From Nitrososphaerales archaeon (GTDB lineage: Archaea; Thermoproteota; Nitrososphaeria; Nitrososphaerales; UBA213), in the NCBI GenBank assembly GCA_046759645.1, contig JBHICO010000002.1:2725-66724 (forward strand): DNA of 64,000 bases, read 5' to 3'. The stretch's first letter is position 1, and every line of letters begins with the position of its first letter. Shown piece after piece: positions 1 to 9,813 of this stretch. The notes beneath the pieces were generated by a model, which was not told the origin of the DNA, did no database searches, and worked only from the letters and a program-made list of their open reading frames with translations. The translations under genes were made by a program, and so were the position numbers.

Positions 1-513
1 AATTACATCTAATGCTTTGTCAGACTCTTGTCCGATTGCAAATGCTTGTCCCTTGAAGAACGTACCACTTGGATCAACTTGGTACATCTGTATACCAGTT
101 GGGTCACTGCCTGCCACAAGCACCGATGCCGCCTGAGGTCTTACTGCGTATATAGTGTAGCTGTGAAGGAAGGTGCTAATGTGCTTTGAAAGTGAGCCAA
201 CATCGATTGGAGTTTCATACACCAACCTATGTCTCTGAGCTTCAAGCCTCATTTCATCTATCAGTCTTAGTATATCACCGATGTACCCCGAGCCAGTTGC
301 CCCTATGTGTTCATCTATCGGAAACACTTTTTCGGATGGATCCATAAGAGCCCTGATCGGTTTTATGTGACTGGATATGAGAGCAAACTTTTCTGTTTTA
401 ATTCCTATTGTAGTTGAACCCCTACTTACAGCTTCTAATGCGCTGTCTACCTGCACCAATCTTCCCTGGGGGCCATAGTAGTATGGATACTTGCCGAAGT
501 TTTGATCTGACAT
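1..513 (-). CDS. psmA: Proteasome alpha subunit, N-terminal part (gene runs off the window start)
   Basis: Not in the ORF track because it is truncated. Hand translation from ATG at 513-511 gives MSDQNFGKYPYYYGPQGRLVQVDSALEAVSRGSTTIGIK..., matching the 20S alpha N-terminal signature (GRLxQVxxAxEAV). Its start overlaps the psmB stop as TAATG. Confidence 0.8.
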   Translation of the reverse strand, partial: MSDQNFGKYPYYYGPQGRLVQVDSALEAVSRGSTTIGIKTEKFALISSHIKPIRALMDPSEKVFPIDEHIGATGSGYIGDILRLIDEMRLEAQRHRLVYETPIDVGSLSKHISTFLHSYTIYAVRPQAASVLVAGSDPTGIQMYQVDPSGTFFKGQAFAIGQESDKALDVI

Positions 514-1088
514 TATCTTACCTCCTTTGTTAACAGCACAGGGATCTCTAGCACGTCAACACCATTACCAGAACCCGGATCGCGTTCAATCGCAGCTAAA
601 ACTGCTTTTGATGCGAGTGTCTTTATTTCATCAATTGCTACGTTATTATTGTAACCACTTTCAAGTACTCCGTATGCAATTGGAGAACCAGAACCTGATG
701 ACGCAAATTCTTCTTCTGTTATCGCTCCGCTCATATCTGCTGCGTAAACATGAGGGCCAGTAGAATCAACACCAGCAACCAGAAGCTCGACGAAGTATGG
801 TGTATAGCTCTTCAACCCAGAATAGGCCAAGTTTGCAATCAGCCTAGCTGATTCTCGTACCGTTAACTGATAGCCTCGCCTTAACTCTGCAAGTTTGCGC
901 TCCGCCTTTGCCATCTTTATCATGTATTCTGCATCTGACATTTGACCTGCAATTGCCATTCCAAGAGTCTCATCGATCTTGTAGATCTTCTGCGTTATCT
1001 TTGAGCCTATGAAGAAACCCTTGCTCGCCCTTCTGTCTGAAGCAAGCACTACTCCATTCTTGCTTCTTATTGCGACTATTGTTGTCAT
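513..1088 (-). CDS. psmB: Proteasome beta subunit (Ntn hydrolase)
   Basis: MTTIVAIRSKNGVVLASDRR..., with ASSGSGSP loop and about 190 aa. Catalytic Thr lies directly after Met. No in-frame canonical start upstream before a TAG at 1124-1122. Confidence 0.9.
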   Translation of the reverse strand: MTTIVAIRSKNGVVLASDRRASKGFFIGSKITQKIYKIDETLGMAIAGQMSDAEYMIKMAKAERKLAELRRGYQLTVRESARLIANLAYSGLKSYTPYFVELLVAGVDSTGPHVYAADMSGAITEEEFASSGSGSPIAYGVLESGYNNNVAIDEIKTLASKAVLAAIERDPGSGNGVDVLEIPVLLTKEVR

Positions 1089-1146
1089 TGCTAATATTAT
1101 AGAATTAGCTATATTAGTTGACTATGAATTGCCGAAATCGGTCACA

Positions 1147-1833
1147 TCAATTCGCTACCTTATCATCTGAGAAAATGTATGACAATACGTTGCCAGATCG
1201 GTTATTGTAAAGCTTGCATATATGCTCAAATATCCTATACGCACAAACCATGGCTTCTACTTTGCGAATTTCACCGTTTGCATTTGTTTCTATTATTATA
1301 TAATTCCCTATAATTCTAATATTGAGCCGAAATGAACCGTCTTCACTGGTCCATTGCAGCATATGACCCATTTCACCCTCTACCATCCCTAACCATCGCA
1401 AATTTTTGAACCATCTACCAGCTAGCGTATCAACTATGCTACTTACATCGATGTTTGGTGGTACGTATGTCTGAAGGAGCGGCACATACGCGATCCTTGT
1501 ATTATCAGTATTCCCTTTAGCCAGAACCTCCCCTTTTCTGCTCAGTTTGTAGCCCAACTCGGATTTCTCTATAAGACCCAATTCATCAAGTCTGTGAAGC
1601 GAGCGCGATAGACTTTCCTGATGCATCCCGAGCTTTCTCATAAGACCCCTGAAGGTGTATCTTGATCTGTCCTCGCTCAATATTCCAAGAACTTTGTGAT
1701 CATTAGGCCTTACGTCTGCTTCCTCAACAATAACACTGTCTTGTTTGACATTTGATGAATTAATTATAGCATCATCTAGGTATGTGTCATCACTTACTTT
1801 TTCATTTGCAAATGCTTCTGGCTTCTTTACCAT
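1147..1833 (-). CDS. Winged-helix DNA-binding protein with uncharacterised C-terminal domain
   Basis: Central segment FRGLMRKLGMHQESLSRSLHRLDELGLIEK looks like a MarR/ArsR-type wHTH. Acidic N-terminal tail. The C-terminal 110 aa are unrecognised. Confidence 0.5.
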   Translation of the reverse strand: MVKKPEAFANEKVSDDTYLDDAIINSSNVKQDSVIVEEADVRPNDHKVLGILSEDRSRYTFRGLMRKLGMHQESLSRSLHRLDELGLIEKSELGYKLSRKGEVLAKGNTDNTRIAYVPLLQTYVPPNIDVSSIVDTLAGRWFKNLRWLGMVEGEMGHMLQWTSEDGSFRLNIRIIGNYIIIETNANGEIRKVEAMVCAYRIFEHICKLYNNRSGNVLSYIFSDDKVAN

Positions 1834-1924
1834 CTTCTGTAAATTAGCAACGAAGCGTGATATAAATCAAGTCGCATATGCAGATATTTATAGCAGGGAA
1901 TCTCATGCTTTGCAATTGTATCCT

Positions 1925-4243
1925 ATGGAACCAAAAATAAAGGAAAAGTCATGGGACCCAAATAACGAGCAAAGCATTTTGAAGAGATGGCAGGATGAGA
2001 GTTTATACAAATTCGATGTAAATGCCGGCAAACCATTTGTAATCGATACACCACCACCTTATCCTTCTGGCAGGCCGTGGCATATAGGTGCTGCTGCACA
2101 CTATGCACAGATAGACATGATTGGAAGGACTGCAAGAATGATAGGTCACAATGTGTTTTTTCCAATAGGCATAGACAGAAACGGCCTGCCTGTTGAGATC
2201 TACGCAGAAAAGAAGTTTAAGATTGCCATGCGCCATACAGAGCGAGAAAAATTCCTCGCACTCTGTAGGTCTGCCTTGGACGATCTAGAGGCAGAAATGA
2301 TACAGATAATGAAGAATATGGGAATTAGCAGCGATTTCAATAAATATTACCGTACGGACTCTGATGAATATAGAGCACTAACACAGGCAACATTTATAGA
2401 ATTATGGAACAGAGGTTTGGTTTACGAATCTAACAGACCTAATAATTATTGCACGATCTGTGGTTCAACAATAGCAGATGCGGAGGTTGCTCACGAGGAA
2501 ATTCCATCGAGGCTTATACATGTCAAGTTTGGATTGAAGGAGAAAAAAAGTGATCTGGTAATAGCAACCACTAGGCCGGAACTCTTATGTTCATGTCAGG
2601 CAGTGATTGTAAATCCCAATGACGAAAGATATCAGCATATTCATGGAATGCATACTTTTGTTCCATTATTCAATAGGGAAGTGGAGATCAAGGTCCACCC
2701 TGCAGCCAAGCCGGAGTTCGGTTCTGGTGTAGTAATGATCTGCAGTTATGGTGACCATACAGACGTACAATTATTCAGGGAGTTTGGACTTCAAGAAATA
2801 GTTGCTGTGAATGAGAATGGCGTGATGACCGAAAATGCCAACCCTTATGCAGGTATGAAGGTAAAAAAGGCAAGGGAGCAAGTAATAGAAGACCTGGTAG
2901 GCAAGGGTCTTGTTGTAAAGGAAGAGAAGATAATGCACAGCACCCCTATCTGCGAGAGGCATAAAACTCCAATAGAGATTATACCCATGAACGAGTATTA
3001 CGTAAAGCAGATCGATTTTATCCCAACACTTCAGGAAATCGCAGACAAGATGAAGTTTTATCCTGACATGCACAGGCATATTCTGCTAAACTGGCTGAGT
3101 TCCATAACGATTGACTGGCCAGTGTCAAGACGAAGATTCTATGGGACAGAGATACCGATATGGTACTGCAAAAAATGTAACAAGCCCAACCTGCCCGAAC
3201 CTGGTAAATACTATAGACCTTGGAAAGAGAATCCACCTTTCAAGAGCTGCAAGTATTGCGACGGAACGGAATTCACAGGTGATGACAGAACATTCGACAC
3301 ATGGATGGATTCTAGCATTTCACCACTATTCGTTACTAAATATAGAAGTGACGAAGAATTCTTTGAAACAACATATCCTACCATGATAAGACCTCAAGCT
3401 AAAGATATCGTAAGAACATGGCTGCACTACACAATATTACGTTGTTACCAGCTGACGAAGAAGGCACCGTTTGAACAGGTATGGATAATGGGCTATGGAG
3501 TTGATGAAAGGGGAGAAAGGATGAGCAAGAGCAAAGGTAACGTAATAGATCCATTCCCTATAATCAAAAAATATGGTGCAGATACTTTCAGGTTCTGGAG
3601 TGCAAGTGAAGTCAACCTGGGTTACGATTTTCGCTGTTCCGAACAGAAAATATCTGGTACACAAAAATTCCTAACAAAACTATGGAACATAGCAAGATTC
3701 GTCTCATCATTCCCGTTGCACGATATGACGAATATTTATCCAAGTGATAAATGGATCTTGGGAGAATTATCACACCTGACAGAAGAGTGCAGAAAGGGAT
3801 ATGAGGAGTTTAACTTCTTCATACCTGCTACAGCGATAAGAGAATTCACATGGAACCTATTTGCCGCACATTATATAGAGATGGTAAAGGGACGAGCTTA
3901 TGGGTTGGGATTCGATGAAGAAGAGAAGGTAGCAGGATGGTACACGTTGCATAAATCCTTCTCCACCATACTGCTCTTGTTATCACCTATTGTGCCATTC
4001 ATAACAGATCGGTTATGGTGTTCAATATACTCAAATGAAAGCATACATAAACAGAAATTTCCAGAGCCGATATGGAGTGCTGAATTAACAGGTTATACTA
4101 AAGGAATTTCAGATTTCAATTCTCTAGTTTGGAATACTAAAAAGGAAAAAGGAATGTCCCTTAAAGATCCCATAAGCATTAACATACCAAGCGAACTGGA
4201 ATTGTTTAGAAAGGATCTAATATCAATGCATAATATAAAATAA
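1925..4243 (+). CDS. valS: Valyl-tRNA synthetase (class I aaRS)
   Basis: ATG at 1925 gives MEPKIKEKSWDPNNEQSILKRWQ. HIGH-type motif PWHIGAAAHY, KMSKS motif ERMSKSKGN, and DWPVSRRRFYGTEIPIWYC. About 770 aa fits archaeal ValRS better than LeuRS or IleRS. The tracked start at 1745 overlaps the divergent gene and is rejected. Confidence 0.75.
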   Translation: MEPKIKEKSWDPNNEQSILKRWQDESLYKFDVNAGKPFVIDTPPPYPSGRPWHIGAAAHYAQIDMIGRTARMIGHNVFFPIGIDRNGLPVEIYAEKKFKIAMRHTEREKFLALCRSALDDLEAEMIQIMKNMGISSDFNKYYRTDSDEYRALTQATFIELWNRGLVYESNRPNNYCTICGSTIADAEVAHEEIPSRLIHVKFGLKEKKSDLVIATTRPELLCSCQAVIVNPNDERYQHIHGMHTFVPLFNREVEIKVHPAAKPEFGSGVVMICSYGDHTDVQLFREFGLQEIVAVNENGVMTENANPYAGMKVKKAREQVIEDLVGKGLVVKEEKIMHSTPICERHKTPIEIIPMNEYYVKQIDFIPTLQEIADKMKFYPDMHRHILLNWLSSITIDWPVSRRRFYGTEIPIWYCKKCNKPNLPEPGKYYRPWKENPPFKSCKYCDGTEFTGDDRTFDTWMDSSISPLFVTKYRSDEEFFETTYPTMIRPQAKDIVRTWLHYTILRCYQLTKKAPFEQVWIMGYGVDERGERMSKSKGNVIDPFPIIKKYGADTFRFWSASEVNLGYDFRCSEQKISGTQKFLTKLWNIARFVSSFPLHDMTNIYPSDKWILGELSHLTEECRKGYEEFNFFIPATAIREFTWNLFAAHYIEMVKGRAYGLGFDEEEKVAGWYTLHKSFSTILLLLSPIVPFITDRLWCSIYSNESIHKQKFPEPIWSAELTGYTKGISDFNSLVWNTKKEKGMSLKDPISINIPSELELFRKDLISMHNIK

Positions 4244-4284
4244 TTTTCTGTACAGCAATACTGATTAAGTATGGCTATATTAGA

Positions 4285-5316
4285 TTGAGCGTGAAAGCAA
4301 CAGTAATACACGAACATGGAGGTGCTGATAAATTAAGTTATGAAGATATTGAGGATCCAAAACCTGCTAAGGATGAGGTATTGGTCAAGGTTAAGACCTG
4401 TGCTGTAAACCATCTGGATATATTTGTCAGGCAAGGGCTTCCCGGCAGGACTTTGAAGTTTCCCCACATACTTGGTTGTGATATTGCTGGTGAGATTGGA
4501 AGCAAAAATAGTAAATTTCCTATTGGAAGTAGAGTAATAGTACATCCCGGTCTAAGTTGTGGTAAGTGTTCATATTGTAAAAAAGCAAAGGAAAATCTCT
4601 GCAGCGAATTTTCTATACTTGGTGGCTTCAGCGATGTCCAGGGAGGTTACGCAGAATACGTGAGAGTTCCATTGAGAAATATCCTAAAGATACCATCATG
4701 GTTCAGTTATGATGAAGCTGCATGTCTAGGAGTATCTTATCTGGTTTCATGGAATATGTTGAAAAGCACAAAAGTAGGCAAGGGGACAACCTTGCTTGTA
4801 TACGGTGCTGGTAGCGGTGTAGGATCAGCTGCAATACAGCTTGCTAGAGCAATGGGTGCGCAGGTCATAACAACCATTGGTGATGATGGAAAAGCTACTT
4901 TGGCAAAACAACTTGGAGCAAGGCATGTTATCAACAGAACTAGGGATGATATTGTTACAGAAGTTAAGACTTTGACTGGAAATGGCGTCGATGTGGTAAT
5001 AGATCATGTTGGTGCAAGTACATGGATGGCTAGTGTTAAGTGTCTGAAACTTGGTGGCAGGATGGCTGTGTGTGGTGCTACTACAGGGGAAACCGTAAAT
5101 GTAGAGATCAGGGCGGTCTATAACAAACAGTTGTCGATCATAGGAGCATACTCTGGCACAAAGCCCCAATTGGTAGAACTCATGGCCTTCATGCGATCTA
5201 AGAAGATCAAACCCATAATAGATTCAACATTCAAGCTGAACAAAGCGTCTGATGCACATAAAAGGATGGAGAGGAGCGAACATTTTGGCAAAATACTATT
5301 GAAGATTCAAAACTAG
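4285..5316 (+). CDS. Zn-dependent alcohol dehydrogenase / quinone oxidoreductase family (MDR) protein
   Basis: MDR pattern VLVKVKTCAVNHLDIFVRQG, Cys cluster CGKCSYCKKAKENLC, and Rossmann motif VYGAGSGVGSAAIQLA. TTG start. Substrate cannot be inferred. Confidence 0.75.
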   Translation: MSVKATVIHEHGGADKLSYEDIEDPKPAKDEVLVKVKTCAVNHLDIFVRQGLPGRTLKFPHILGCDIAGEIGSKNSKFPIGSRVIVHPGLSCGKCSYCKKAKENLCSEFSILGGFSDVQGGYAEYVRVPLRNILKIPSWFSYDEAACLGVSYLVSWNMLKSTKVGKGTTLLVYGAGSGVGSAAIQLARAMGAQVITTIGDDGKATLAKQLGARHVINRTRDDIVTEVKTLTGNGVDVVIDHVGASTWMASVKCLKLGGRMAVCGATTGETVNVEIRAVYNKQLSIIGAYSGTKPQLVELMAFMRSKKIKPIIDSTFKLNKASDAHKRMERSEHFGKILLKIQN

Positions 5317-5339
5317 CTCTTCGGTTCAAAATCAAATCT

Positions 5340-7067
5340 TTACTTTAGACTCTTTAGCAACTCATCAACAGGGAGGGTGTTTAGAATGTCAGATTTTTCA
5401 GCCCAGCCTCGTCTTGCCTGTCCTATACCAAACATCAGGAAAGAATAATGAACTGGATGGTGTGCATCTGAATCAATTACTAATTTAACTTTGTTTTGTA
5501 CAGCCATTTTCACATAATCATCATTAAGATCTAGCCTATTGTAATGTGCGTCAATTTCGATGACAGTGTTGGTATCTTTCGCAACACTAATTACTTTTTT
5601 AATATCTATAGGATACGCTTCTCTTCTATTGATCAGCCTTCCAGTAGGATGGAACAAAATATCAACACTTGGGTTTCGAGCTGCTTTTACTAATCTTTCT
5701 GTTTGAGCTTCAATTGGAAGTGTAAAATTGGAATGAACTGATGCTCCTACTATATCCAGTTTATCAAGAACGTTATTTGAAATGTCAAGCGATCCGTCTT
5801 TCATTATGTTTACTTCTGCCGAAGATAAGATTCTAAAATCATCAAGTTCATCATTCAGGGTAGCGATCTTATCTGCTTGCTCCAACAACTTTTCTTCATC
5901 AAGGCCGTGTGCTACTGTGAGACTTTTCGTATGATCAGTAATAGCAATATAGTCTAGCTCAAATTTTTCTCTGGCAGCTAAGGCCATCTCCTCTATAGAC
6001 TTGGTTCCATCAGTATTGTTGCTGTGAACCTGGAGGTCGCCTTTCAAACTTCCATACTCTATCAACTTCTGCAGTTTGCTATTTTTTGCCAGTTCTACCT
6101 CACCCTTATTTTCACGCATCTCCGGGGGGATCCAATCCAGGCCTAGTATCCGATAGACCTCTTCTTCAGTTGCTCCTGCAACACGTTTTCTTTCCTTATC
6201 AAAAACTCCCCATTCGTTAAGATGAAGATCTTTTGCAACTGCTATCTTCCGAATTTCCACTACATGTTCCTTGCTTCCAGTGAAATACTGTATAGCGGAG
6301 CCAAAACTCTCTTCGGGAACTACCAGCAGATCGGCATCCATGCCATTTTTCAACTGCACAGAAGCTTTGTTTGATCCACGGCTTGAAACCGTTTGAACCT
6401 CAGGCATTGTCACAAAATATTCCATTACTTTTTTTGTATCTTTTGAGATTACAAGGTAATCAATATCACGTATGGTTTCTTTCATCCTCCTAACTGACCC
6501 AGCTATTATGGCTTTTTTTACCCCTGCAATCTGCGACAGGCGTGATTCTATTTCTTTAACTAACGGATAAACCTCACCGATAAGATATCGATCCTTACCT
6601 TTTTTAATAAATTGAATGCGTTGTACAATAGCATGTTCCTTTTTTACAGTAAAGCCAGGAACATTACGAAGGCTTCCTTCTAACGCTGCTTTTTCCAGAT
6701 CTGCCAGATTTTTGATCTGTAGTTTAGCATAGAGTAACTTGATAGTTTTTGGCCCTATACCTTCTATCTCAGAGAGCTCATTAATTGCAATTGGAATTTT
6801 TAACTTCAGTTCTTCAAGATGTTTGATCCTTCCAGTCATGATGCATTCCTCAATTTTTGAAGCTATAGCTTTTCCAACTGATGGGATTTCGATTAGACCA
6901 TTCAATCCTTCCTTTCTGTATATATCTTGAATATCTGAAGAAAGGCCTGCGATCACATCTGCGGCCCGATGGTATGCTCTAGCTTTGAATGATGCATTAG
7001 CATCGTCTTCCAATTCCGTGAAAAATCCTAGCTCATGGAAGTTCTCTGCGATTTCAACATTTTCCAT
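5340..7067 (-). CDS. polX: Family X DNA polymerase with C-terminal PHP phosphoesterase domain
   Basis: N-terminal Pol-beta-like HhH region (FKARAYHRAADVIAGL, IPSVGKAIASKIEECIMTGRIKHLEEL), nucleotidyltransferase core (GSVRRMKETIRDIDYLV) and PHP motifs (DLQVHSNNTDG, ITDHT). Confidence 0.85.
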   Translation of the reverse strand: MENVEIAENFHELGFFTELEDDANASFKARAYHRAADVIAGLSSDIQDIYRKEGLNGLIEIPSVGKAIASKIEECIMTGRIKHLEELKLKIPIAINELSEIEGIGPKTIKLLYAKLQIKNLADLEKAALEGSLRNVPGFTVKKEHAIVQRIQFIKKGKDRYLIGEVYPLVKEIESRLSQIAGVKKAIIAGSVRRMKETIRDIDYLVISKDTKKVMEYFVTMPEVQTVSSRGSNKASVQLKNGMDADLLVVPEESFGSAIQYFTGSKEHVVEIRKIAVAKDLHLNEWGVFDKERKRVAGATEEEVYRILGLDWIPPEMRENKGEVELAKNSKLQKLIEYGSLKGDLQVHSNNTDGTKSIEEMALAAREKFELDYIAITDHTKSLTVAHGLDEEKLLEQADKIATLNDELDDFRILSSAEVNIMKDGSLDISNNVLDKLDIVGASVHSNFTLPIEAQTERLVKAARNPSVDILFHPTGRLINRREAYPIDIKKVISVAKDTNTVIEIDAHYNRLDLNDDYVKMAVQNKVKLVIDSDAHHPVHYSFLMFGIGQARRGWAEKSDILNTLPVDELLKSLK

Positions 7068-7277
7068 GTTCTGTATGTGCGGAGAATAGATTATTATTGT
7101 TTATTTGCGGCTAATATCGTCTGCACTTAATGAAATTGATTTCAATTTAATATTTGTTATTTTTATCTTATGGTTCAGGATCTGATATTCTAACCGTGGC
7201 ACAATTAGAAGACTAATGCTTACCTTTTGACGATCTAGAATATATACCACAGGAATACTAGTTCGAGGGGGATAGCT

Positions 7278-9812
7278 TTGAAAGGGTACATTGCTCTGTT
7301 TATGATTTCGATCCTTTTCGCAAGTGCAGTGCTGATGGAATTTCAAAGAGTTGGTGCGGTTCCAAACATTACCCTATCACCAACTAGTGGGCCTCCTGGT
7401 TCAAGTGTCACAGTGACAGGCACAGGATTTGTGCCTAATGCCAGCTCTATAGCTATTCTATTCGACAATAAGTTAGTGACAGAGGTAAGTGCAGATCAAT
7501 CTGGCACATTTGCTGAGACAATCACCATACCCACAACCGCTACAGAAGGTAGCCATACTATTGCGGCAAATGATGGCGTCACGTCATACAGCAAATCATT
7601 TACTGTCACTTCTGCAGAATCATTGATAACTTTATCACCCAGCAGTGGTAAAACAGGAACCACAGTCACAGTATCTGGGTCGAACTTTTTAGATAGTAAA
7701 ACTATCACTATAAAGTTTGATAACAACAATATAACAACCAGTCCCTCAAGTGTTACATCATCGAATACGGGGACTTTTTCTGCGACAATTATCATACCCA
7801 GTACCGCAGCTATAGGTAGCCACACTATATCGGCAACAGACGGTACATCAACTGCGTCTGCAACATTCAACGTATCAGAATCTGACATAACACTTTCACC
7901 CACTTCAGGTGCAGCTGGTACTGTTGTAACTATTTCAGGAGCCAGTTTTGCTGCAAACACAGCCATAACCGTACGGCTAGATAACGACATCATAACAACA
8001 AACCCAGTTACAGTGATGTCAGCAGATGATGGTTCATTCAGTTTTACAATCAACGTACCCACTACCCTTTCAGTAGGTAGTCATACAATTTCAGCTAGCG
8101 ATGGTTCGAAGACTGAGTTGGCAACATTTACTGTCGTTACAACTGCAATAACACTATCTCCTACATCAGGAATTGCCGGTTCTACGATAAACGTTACAGG
8201 AACAGGTTTCATTGCAAGTGCAAGCTTAACAATAAAGTTTGATACTTTAGCATTAACGACAACACCTTCAAACCTAGTGGCAAGTTCATCTGGCTCATTC
8301 TCGGCTACTATTACAGTACCCAATACTGCATCAAGTGGAGTTCATACGATTGAAGTTTCAGACAGTACAGGCAAGAAAGCAACAGCTACATTCAATGTGC
8401 TCCTATCAGGTAAAATAACACTATCACCTGATGCCGGCAATCGTGGTGTATCTATTACAGTTGCAGGTTCTGACTTCAATGGGAACAGTGAAATCACTAT
8501 AAAGTTTGAAGGTACCACATTAAATACAACTCCAATAGTAGTAACAACAACTCCGGCTGGCACATTCACAGCTACGATCAAGATTCCTGTCACTGCAAGC
8601 ACTGGCGAGCAGACAATTACCGCTACGGACGCTTCAGGAAGGATTGGCTCCTCTATATTCATAGTGGCCACGGGCGGGCTGATAACGTTATCACCAGACA
8701 GTGGTTTATCTGGCACTGAAGTTACTGTAACAGGTTCCAACTTCAATGCAAACACGAGAGTAACCTTGAAGTTTAATGAAATTACGGTTGCAACTACGCC
8801 TAGTATCGTAATGACTGGTACGGACGGCCGCTTTAGTGCAAAGTTTGATGTACCTGCAGGAGTAGGTATAGGCGTTCATATCGTCATAGCTACAGACGAT
8901 CTTGGAAAGATCGGACATTCCTCCTTTAGCACTGAAAGCAATGGCGAATTAATCACAATCTCACCTACAAGCGCTTCTGTTGGAAGTATAGTTACAATAA
9001 CGGGGAATGGCTTCGCTATAAACACTGATGTAACAATAAAGCTCGATGATACAGCTCTAACAACCAATCCAGCTACTGTAGTAACAACTTCAGGGGGTAC
9101 TTTCACTGCCACGTTTACAGTTCCTAGCCTAGCCGCTGGGAGCCACACCATTGCGGTTACTGTAGGAACTAAAACTGCAACAGCATCATTCGCACTTACG
9201 CAAACTGGGGGGCCATCAATTTCTATAACTCCGACAAGTGGAACGGTAGGTAGCTCAATAACTGTCAGTGGTACAGGATTTGCTCCTAGCATAGGCATAA
9301 CAATCAAGTTGGATGATAATGTGGTCGCTTCCGGAACAACATCATCAAGTGGTACATTTAATGTTCTTTTTAGCATAGGAGCAACAGTCACGTCGGGTCC
9401 TCATACGATAACTGCAAGTGATGGAACCAAGGAAGCATCAAATACCCTCTCCATAATCAGTGGAGGTACGAACATAGTTAACATATCGCAGATGAAACTC
9501 GTAGACCAGAGTGGTTCTTCCCTATCTACACCATCCATAGGTATGCATCTTCTTATTCAGTCTGATGTAAAGAACACTCTTTCAACAGATCAACAGTTCA
9601 CTTATGTAGTACAGATTAAGGATACTGATGGAGCAACTATAATGATCTCATGGATGACGGGAACACTTCCTCCAGGACGGCAGTATGCAGTGGCACAATC
9701 ATGGTTGGTTGAAGATAAAGGCGAATACACTGCAGAGGTTTTTGTTTGGGAGACTATATCTAACCCTGTTCCACTCGCACCAATGCAGAAAACGGACTTT
9801 AGCGTTCAATAA
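7278..9812 (+). CDS. Secreted protein with eight tandem IPT/TIG-like Ig domains and a distinct C-terminal domain
   Basis: TTG start preceded by GAGGGGGA. Signal-like N-terminus MKGYIALFMISILFASAVLMEF. Eight units of the pattern ITLSPxSGxxGxxVTVxGxxF...GSHTIxAxDG. No C-terminal TM or sorting motif. Confidence 0.7.
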   Translation: MKGYIALFMISILFASAVLMEFQRVGAVPNITLSPTSGPPGSSVTVTGTGFVPNASSIAILFDNKLVTEVSADQSGTFAETITIPTTATEGSHTIAANDGVTSYSKSFTVTSAESLITLSPSSGKTGTTVTVSGSNFLDSKTITIKFDNNNITTSPSSVTSSNTGTFSATIIIPSTAAIGSHTISATDGTSTASATFNVSESDITLSPTSGAAGTVVTISGASFAANTAITVRLDNDIITTNPVTVMSADDGSFSFTINVPTTLSVGSHTISASDGSKTELATFTVVTTAITLSPTSGIAGSTINVTGTGFIASASLTIKFDTLALTTTPSNLVASSSGSFSATITVPNTASSGVHTIEVSDSTGKKATATFNVLLSGKITLSPDAGNRGVSITVAGSDFNGNSEITIKFEGTTLNTTPIVVTTTPAGTFTATIKIPVTASTGEQTITATDASGRIGSSIFIVATGGLITLSPDSGLSGTEVTVTGSNFNANTRVTLKFNEITVATTPSIVMTGTDGRFSAKFDVPAGVGIGVHIVIATDDLGKIGHSSFSTESNGELITISPTSASVGSIVTITGNGFAINTDVTIKLDDTALTTNPATVVTTSGGTFTATFTVPSLAAGSHTIAVTVGTKTATASFALTQTGGPSISITPTSGTVGSSITVSGTGFAPSIGITIKLDDNVVASGTTSSSGTFNVLFSIGATVTSGPHTITASDGTKEASNTLSIISGGTNIVNISQMKLVDQSGSSLSTPSIGMHLLIQSDVKNTLSTDQQFTYVVQIKDTDGATIMISWMTGTLPPGRQYAVAQSWLVEDKGEYTAEVFVWETISNPVPLAPMQKTDFSVQ
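7356..9480 (+). repeat. Eight diverged tandem coding repeats (about 264-273 nt each) encoding IPT/TIG-like modules
   Basis: Repeat boundaries read from the protein (VPNITLSPTSG, LITLSPSSG, DITLSPTSG, AITLSPTSG, KITLSPDAG, LITLSPDSG, LITISPTSA, SISITPTSG). DNA copies are clearly diverged. Confidence 0.7.
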
Positions 9813-9813
9813 C

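Noticed and set aside
1745-1924. 60-codon N-terminal extension of valS in the ORF track.
   Set aside because: It overlaps the divergent wHTH gene. The ATG at 1925 gives a family-typical ValRS N-terminus and has a TATA-like box about 33 nt upstream.
7496-9391. Four long minus-strand ORFs (7496-8062, 8081-8323, 8342-8755, 8876-9391) antisense to the IPT/TIG repeat gene.
   Set aside because: Their translations are low-complexity Val/Ala/Pro strings with no motif. The sense strand encodes eight regular Ig-like modules with a signal peptide. The repetitive Thr/Ser/Gly/Ala codon usage of the sense frame simply avoids stops on the opposite strand.
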